A stretch of 59,936 nucleotides of DNA, counting the filler, from Stramenopiles sp. TOSAG23-3 (lineage: Eukaryota): NCBI GenBank assembly GCA_900128585.1. It is 9 parts of 9 records of this genome, joined end to end, with 100 filler letters (N's around TTAATTAATTAA, not from the genome) between each part and the next. Parts side by side here need not be neighbours in the genome. Positions count along the whole stretch, not along the records: positions 51,514 to 58,745 come from LT643181.1; positions 58,846 to 59,936 come from LT646508.1; 7 more parts are not named here. One strand, written 5' to 3'. Of this stretch, positions 53,402 to 59,936 are shown piece by piece (position 1 is the first letter of the stretch; every line of letters begins with the position of its first letter). Both the position numbers and the translations under genes were made by a program. The notes beneath the pieces were generated by a model. It did no database searches. It had not been told where the DNA came from and saw nothing but the letters and a program-made list of their open reading frames with translations.

Positions 53402-54525
53402 TTTTGATTGAGAAGAGGGGGCATTTGCGGGAGGAGGAGTCGTTATTATACCGGTACCTAGCTTTGTATATGCAAAACAAAATTGGGTGGCGCGACGTGT
53501 CTTCTTTTCTTTTCTTTTCTTTTCTTTTCTATAATTATCTTTCTTCTTCTTCGTAAATCTATCTCTCATTCCATTCATTTACTTCTTTTTCAAATTATTA
53601 TTTAAATAGGTGTAATAGAATACATAGACTATATATTATTATACTACACAATGAGTTTTAAGTAGTTTCTCTATTTTATTATTTTTTTACTTCGTTTTTT
53701 CTTATTTTTTCATACACAAACAAAAGTAGTAAAGACAACAGTAGAAAGAAGAAGAAAGAATTTTGAAAACATTTTTTATTAATGTAATATGTATATAGCA
53801 TTAGAATTGTTGATATAAAAAAATATAATTTATTATTTTATAGATTTCAAAAGCAAAGAAGACAGGAAGGAGTCTGTTGATTACTTGCTTAGCTAATAGC
53901 TATAGCATAGCATCTAGTTTAAAATAAAATTATTTTAATTACCGACTTCCATTCCATTACTATTATTCGTAGTCTTGATTATTTATTTGCCTATTTATTT
54001 ATTTTCTCATTTGCTTCATTCATTCATCATTTATAAATGTAATAAAATAATACGTAATAAAAATATATCATCTTTCAATCTCATTCATTTTCATTCATTC
54101 TCATTTCTATTATTTTTAGAATCGTCGTCATTGGTACAGGTAGGTACCATAGAATACAATAGCAACCCCCCCTCCTCTGTTGCTATTATTATTATATTGT
54201 TTTTATTGTATTACTGTATTATTCAAAAAAATTAAAAAAAAAAAAAAGAAAAAAAAGAAGAAGAAGAGTATAGAAAGAAGAAAAGAAGAAGAAGAAGAAA
54301 AGGAAGAAGAAGAAGAGAGGATAATAATAATAAATAATAATAATAAATTCTTCAATAATAATAATAAATAATACACCAAAATGAAAACCAGCCAACCCAT
54401 TCAAAGTTCATTCAAGGTCTTTTAATTTTAAAATTTTTAAATAAGATAAATTAGTTCCTAAGTTGAAGGAATAGGTTGTTTGTTTGATCTATTGTAATAC
54501 TTTAGCATTTTTGACTTGACCAGGT

Positions 54526-57500
54526 ATGGCATCTTTTTCATACGACGACTCCTTGGAGTTGGAAGGCAGTTTTGATGAGCATAACGGTTCGAACTTGAAC
54601 ATATCGGAGTACGACGCAAGGCAGCTAGAGTACATTCGGAAACTGCAGGAACGGAATCGCCTCAAAAAGCAGCTGGAAGAAAGTTCAAAGTCGAGGGATA
54701 CCATTAGGAAAGAGAAATTAGAGCGGGGGTTCAACTTGCAGGTACGGGGGGCGAACACCGACCGTGTGAAGGGCCGCGCGTCCAAACCCACCCGGGCAAA
54801 GGTCACGGCGAAGCCCATCAAAGCCTTGGGGGGAGGACCCACCACCACCACCACCACCACCACCTCCTCCTCCACGTCAACATCGAGTAGAAAAAGAAGG
54901 GGCTGGAACACATCGTCTAGTAAGAAACCCAAAGATTTGTCCCGCCGCGCCAGGCCCGAGAGGCGGTCCTCAGAAAAAAGAACCGAGCTGCCAGCCGACG
55001 CCTACCCCTTTGGCGCCCGGCGTATCGGACACGACCAGACGACCAAAGCGCCCCGGGCGCTGAGGGGGAACGCCGCCGCGAGCACCTCCTTGCGGAAGGG
55101 GCAAAGCGCAGCGCCTTTGAACGACAGTTTGAACGACTACAGTGACGAGTCCTTTGAAGAATACGACAGCGCTGGGGAAGAAACGGACACATCGGTCCTG
55201 AACATATTCCGTGCAGTGCGACAGTCCCACGGCGGGGCGACGACACAGTTCAACAACGCCCTGCGGCAAAGCCTGTCCGTGTCACCGAGCTCGGGCAACG
55301 AGCCGATCCAGAACAACGACGGCGGTGATCATTTCCTTTCGGTAAGATCGATGGGAGAGGCAAAAAGCTCAAAGTCCAGCGGAAGCGCAAGACGGGCCCT
55401 CTCCGCAAGGCCCCGCCGGGTTGACGCCGAAGGGAGCATTGTTTCAACGGTCGGGACATCGGGAAACACATTTTTGCCCACCGGCGGGGTCAGCTCGTCC
55501 AACACATCCTTGTCAAAGTCAAGGTCTCGCGGCACGCTACGCCCGGTGTCGGCCCATGCTGCCCCGCTGAAGAAGAAGCGGCCATCGAGCGCAGCGGTTG
55601 ACCGCCCGGACGACGTTCGCGCGCTTGCCCAAGCCATCGCGGCCGAGAACACTCCCTCCCGCCATGGTACCACCGGCGCGGCCCCGTCTAAAAGCGCCAC
55701 GCCGAACTCAGGGCGCAAGGCAATTGCATTCAAGGCCCCGAAATCTTCGAACAGGGGGAAACCAAAGACGACACAGCAGGCGGCGAGGAATCCCGAAGCC
55801 AGTAGAACCACCCGTGAATCAAGCGACGTTGCATTTCAACTCTTTGACAGGGTGCAGAGCCTGAGCCGCGACCAGCAGCGCAAGCTGTTGCAAATGCTGG
55901 AGCGAATGGACGGGACGCCGCCAAGGAGTAGTAGGGCGAGCGGCGAGGGTAAGGTAGCGTACGACGATTCCGTGCACCGGGTCGAAGGCAAACAAATCGA
56001 GGGCGGTGACAGCCCCAGGGATTCGTCCGGGAGCGATACAGAGCCTGAGATGGAAGGGACAGAACCCGTTCCCACACCTAGCCCAGGGCGAGAAGACATG
56101 ATCAACGGAAACAGGCTTCCTGTTGGGAGACTCGTCACCCTTCGTGCATTTTCCAATTGGGGCGCTCGGGACGTTATTGGGTTGACTGAGATCCAAATTT
56201 TTGATGAAACCCTTCGCCAAGTTGACCTTGATCCCAAATGGATCACGGCCACTCGCACTGGGGAGAACAGTGAGGTCTCGCGTCTAGTAAACAAGAAGAT
56301 GAAGACCACGAACCAGCGCCACATGTGGTTGTGCCCCGTGAGCCCGGGGAAAACGGGAGCAAGCAATCGCGACAGTGCGGCACGCGCCGCCCCAATCATA
56401 GAGTTTTCGGTGGAATTACCCATTGCCACCAGGATCAGCAAAATTGTCGTGTGGAACTACAATCGCAGCGTTGCAATGAGCTCGGCTGGGATGAAAGAAG
56501 TCTCGGTAGATTTAGATGGCAAGGAGATATGGAGTGGGGAGATTCACAGGGCACACGGCAACAAAATGTTCAACTACTCAACCTCCATCGAGTTCACTTC
56601 TTTAGAAGAGTTGTCCGTCGATTCTTGCAGCAGTCGCATCGAAACACGGAGCCGAGACGACACCATCTTGCCGCAGCGAAAGCCCCGAATTCCGATCGAA
56701 AAGCTACAAAATACGAAATTCAAGAGTGCCACTTTAGTAGGCGTGGAATCGAATTCTAGCCGAGAACCTGGTCATGACGAAGGGAAGAGGCAAGGGCAAG
56801 GGGGCACGTTTGGAATCGTGAGCGACGCAGAGATCATGTACGAGGTTGGAAAGGCCACGGGGACGCCTGTGTGGTTGAAAGGAGATCGCAAGGCCCCCCA
56901 AAAGGATGTTTCATCGTTTCCATCCTCGAATTTTAGAACATCGAAAAAAAGAGAGCGGCGCAGTAGGTCTAAATTCGAGGCGGTGGTCGCAGAACCGGCA
57001 CAGAAAATTCGCGATGCAAGCGACACCCAAGAGGACTTGATGGATGCCATTGTGGCAGAGGAGGCGGAGGAGAGCAACCTCGAAACATCGTTCGACTCTT
57101 TGGCATATTTTGAACGGAACAATAGAGGCCGCTTATCGAAAAACGACGGCGAGGGACAGGAAGGGTCTGCGGAAAGCGAAATGTTTACGAGGGAAACGAT
57201 TTCCCCGACGACCATTCCCATTTCCAGAGAGACAGAGAGCGGCGAATTGCCGCCAACTCCAAGCGGGGCCCCCGGCGAGTTTTTTTCTGGTATCGGTGCT
57301 ATGCTCTCGCATATGGGGGGCTATGAAGATTCCCATGCCCCGGTCAAAGACTCTGAAATGCATGAGGGTAGGTCCACAGTCGAAGAGAAAGATGCGGACA
57401 ACCGTGCGCCGGAACTGTTTGAAATTCCACAATTCCCAACGGGACGAAAGATTCAGATAGTGATCAAGTCGACTTGGGGCGATCCGCATTATGTAGGGTT

Positions 57501-58745
57501 GTCTGGGGTCGAACTTTTCGACGAGGATGGCGTGCCAATAGACTTAAATTCTTGCGAGGTTCACGCCGATGACATCAATATGCTGCCAGAACACGAGGCC
57601 GACCCACGAACTGTTGAAAAATTACTGGACGGGAACAACCACACCTGCGACGACATGCACGTGTGGCTGGCACCGTTCGAGGGGAGCAGAGACGTCAAGG
57701 TGGACATGGACTTAAAGAGTACCTTTACCCTGTCAATGATGCGCATCTGGAATTACAACAAGTCGCGAATCCACAGTTACCGCGGCGCACGCTGGGTTCA
57801 GATATTCTTTGATGGCACAAAAATATTTGATGGCGAGCTTCGAAAAGCGCCGGGAAATCTTTACAATTCTGAGCAATCTGCGGAAGTCATTTTGTTCACT
57901 TTCGACGATGATATTTTGGCCATGATTGAGGCTGAGGATCGTATTCTAGAGGACGAGCGCGACAATACCGTGGATTTGTTGTCTCGCGCGTTGGAAGAAT
58001 TTGTTGTAAAGCGCCCTAGCACGGGGGACAAAACCAGGAACGAAGACGGGGGCGAGAGTATGTGGAGAACTGCGCGAGCAGTCACCCCCGAGCAGACCTA
58101 CGAACAGGTTTTCAAGGAAACCCACGGCCACCGTAGTGATTCGACGAAACGCCCAAAAACTGGAGCCATCAGGAAACACGACTCTTCTCTGTCCCTTCTC
58201 CAAGGCGCAACGTTAGACAGCCTGCTAGAAGAATTCGGGGAATCAACAGCATCGGGCCTGGACAAAACATCGGCACGGGAAGAGACCTTTGAAGAATCTG
58301 TCGGATCAGCATCGCCCCCGTTGGACTCGGTCCGCGGAAAAACAATTAGCTTTTCATTTCTTACAACGTGGGGAGACCCTCATTTCATGGGCTTGACTTC
58401 GTTGGAAGTGCTTGTTTGGCAGCCTCACATGGAAGGCTTGCCTTACAAGGTAGTCCCCCTGAACTTGCGAAACTTAGCGGCGTGCCCCCCGGATATAAAC
58501 GTTGGTGGACACAAAGGAGACCCCCGGACTCTAGACAAACTTGTCGACACGGTATCGTACACGATGGATGACCGACACATGTGGTTGATTCCGTACACCA
58601 AAGGTGGCCAGCACACTCTGGACATAAGGTTGGACGAGGAAATGGTCATATTGGGCATTCGTGTGTGTAATTACAACAAGTCGTTTGACGATACATACCG
58701 TGGTGTCCAAGACGTGATTATTAAAATCGATGAAAAGCCTGTGCA
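54526..58745 (+). CDS. KATNIP: Katanin-interacting protein KATNIP/KIAA0556 (DUF4457 repeats), 3' truncated
   Basis: N-terminal LQERNRLKK..LERGFNL. Three repeats beginning SNWG..IGLTEIQ, STWGDPHYVGLSGVE and TTWGDPHFMGLTSLE, each followed by HM/VWL and xNYNKS/RS. Confidence 0.92.
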
Positions 58746-58845
58746 NNNNNNNNNNNNNNNNNNNNNNNNNNNNNNNNNNNNNNNNNNNNTTAATTAATTA
58801 ANNNNNNNNNNNNNNNNNNNNNNNNNNNNNNNNNNNNNNNNNNNN
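58746..58845. other. Artificial contig linker
   Basis: N44-TTAATTAATTAA-N44. Confidence 0.98.
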
Positions 58846-58929
58846 AAACAAGCAGCAAAGGAAGGTCATATTACCGCGCAACTCAAACTCCTGAGGTACA
58901 AGCTGTCGCTTAACACTGCCAAATCGTGA
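58846..58929 (+). CDS. Possible 3' end of a Sel1-repeat protein
   Basis: Frame from the contig edge reads KQAAKEGHITAQLKLLRYKLSLNTAKS*, resembling the Sel1 pattern AAxxGHxxAQxxL. Very short. Confidence 0.35.
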   Translation, partial: KQAAKEGHITAQLKLLRYKLSLNTAKS

Positions 58930-59242
58930 AAACGATTACCGGTACAAAGCCAACTCGTTCGATGCACTCGGTCAATGTTTTCCGTGGCGCACATCCTCCA
59001 GCAAGCATTTATTGAAATTTGAAAAGTATTTTTCATGATGATTATGCCAACTCCAAATAAAAACAGAATAATGGCTGTTCGAACTCCAAATAAGAATTCC
59101 TCTTTAATAATATTGAAAAATCCAAAAATCCACTTTTTACAAAATTTTCTATTTTCTCTTGTACTTTGTATCATACTATGCTAACAGTAATTGACATATT
59201 TTTTAAATTTTCCAGTCTAAAGGAACTACCGCATGTAAATTT

Positions 59243-59935
59243 TTACACGTAAACGTTCGAAATTTTTATGGGGGCGATTGCCTTCCTCGTCGTGTTCGTG
59301 ACTTTGCTCGGGGCACGGACGATCTGGGACTTATTTCCATCATCCCTCAGGTGATGGCCTCGGTGGGATGGTCTTTTGCCCCCCTTCGCGTTCTGCAGCT
59401 GCCTTGTTGCGACACGAAGGGGAGACGTTACCATTATTCCTTGGAAATCATTTTCTCCAAAATTGTTTGCGATTTCATCCGCTGCTAGTATTAACGATTG
59501 GGATAAGGCTTCGCGCAAACGGTCAGAGGACTCAATGTCTGGTTTGTAGCTGTAGTCAATGGGATTGCCCTTGCCAAATTCGGCGATCAAAGATTTCAGT
59601 TGAATCTCCATGCTCGCAGCGAGCGATTCTGCGCGCACCAAGCGGTTCATTACCTTTACCTGCTCTATCCGTGCATCGCCATCATTCTTCTTCAGGCGAG
59701 TCAGGTACTGCCGTTGACGATGCAATTCAGTTGCCAATTCAGTTTTTTCGGAAACTGACTGTCGCAATTCTTGGCGAGTTTCAACTACTTCTCTCAGTCG
59801 CTCCGCTGCTACGTTCATAACGTGGTTCAGGCGCAAGACAAGCTTCTTGTACTTTGCAGAGCCTCCTAAATTTGCCATTTCTTTTCCCAAATCAAATTCG
59901 TCGCCGGCGCTTGCCGGGTTCATCAAGGCATCGTC
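59243..59935 (-). CDS. Coiled-coil hypothetical protein (5' end beyond the window)
   Basis: Frame is open to the window end and heptad-rich. Confidence 0.7.
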   Translation of the reverse strand, partial: DDALMNPASAGDEFDLGKEMANLGGSAKYKKLVLRLNHVMNVAAERLREVVETRQELRQSVSEKTELATELHRQRQYLTRLKKNDGDARIEQVKVMNRLVRAESLAASMEIQLKSLIAEFGKGNPIDYSYKPDIESSDRLREALSQSLILAADEIANNFGENDFQGIMVTSPLRVATRQLQNAKGGKRPSHRGHHLRDDGNKSQIVRAPSKVTNTTRKAIAPIKISNVYV

Positions 59936-59936
59936 G

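Noticed and set aside
53242-54404. Short poly-E/K/F/I ORFs (also at 16, 20814 and 48174)
   Set aside because: They are translations of microsatellite and low-complexity intergenic DNA.
1-59936. tRNA or rRNA genes, transposase, reverse transcriptase or viral hallmark genes
   Set aside because: None were recognised by eye. tRNAscan-SE, Rfam and HMM searches would be needed to exclude them.

Overview
This is eukaryotic DNA, not one contiguous locus. Nine contigs (the seven complete ones 7,232-7,269 bp, in descending length order) are joined by eight artificial 100-bp linkers (N44-TTAATTAATTAA-N44), so adjacency across linkers is meaningless. Genes use the standard code, are almost intron-free (one clear 72-nt GT-AG intron) and are separated by very AT-rich, microsatellite-rich spacers. 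Ciliary genes (WDR92, KATNIP, a BART-domain protein), trafficking genes (Rab7, VPS10/sortilin), a mitochondrial-type MCAT and many large surface proteins indicate a flagellated protist; a stramenopile is my low-confidence inference. The most notable observations are five. (1) A very large Cys-rich surface-protein ORF overlaps, across a 7-bp tandem duplication, an ORF encoding a TM helix, a coiled coil and a stand-alone dynein microtubule-binding-domain-like module. (2) A four-unit hairpin array has conserved arms and variable cores. (3) A dispersed element occurs in five copies, mostly just 3' of genes. (4) A two-TM protein has DEG/ENaC/PAC-like features. (5) Two multi-TM/LRR/LNR paralogs flank a secreted RRxLL pro-protein. 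All domain calls are by-eye motif recognition; no searches were run.
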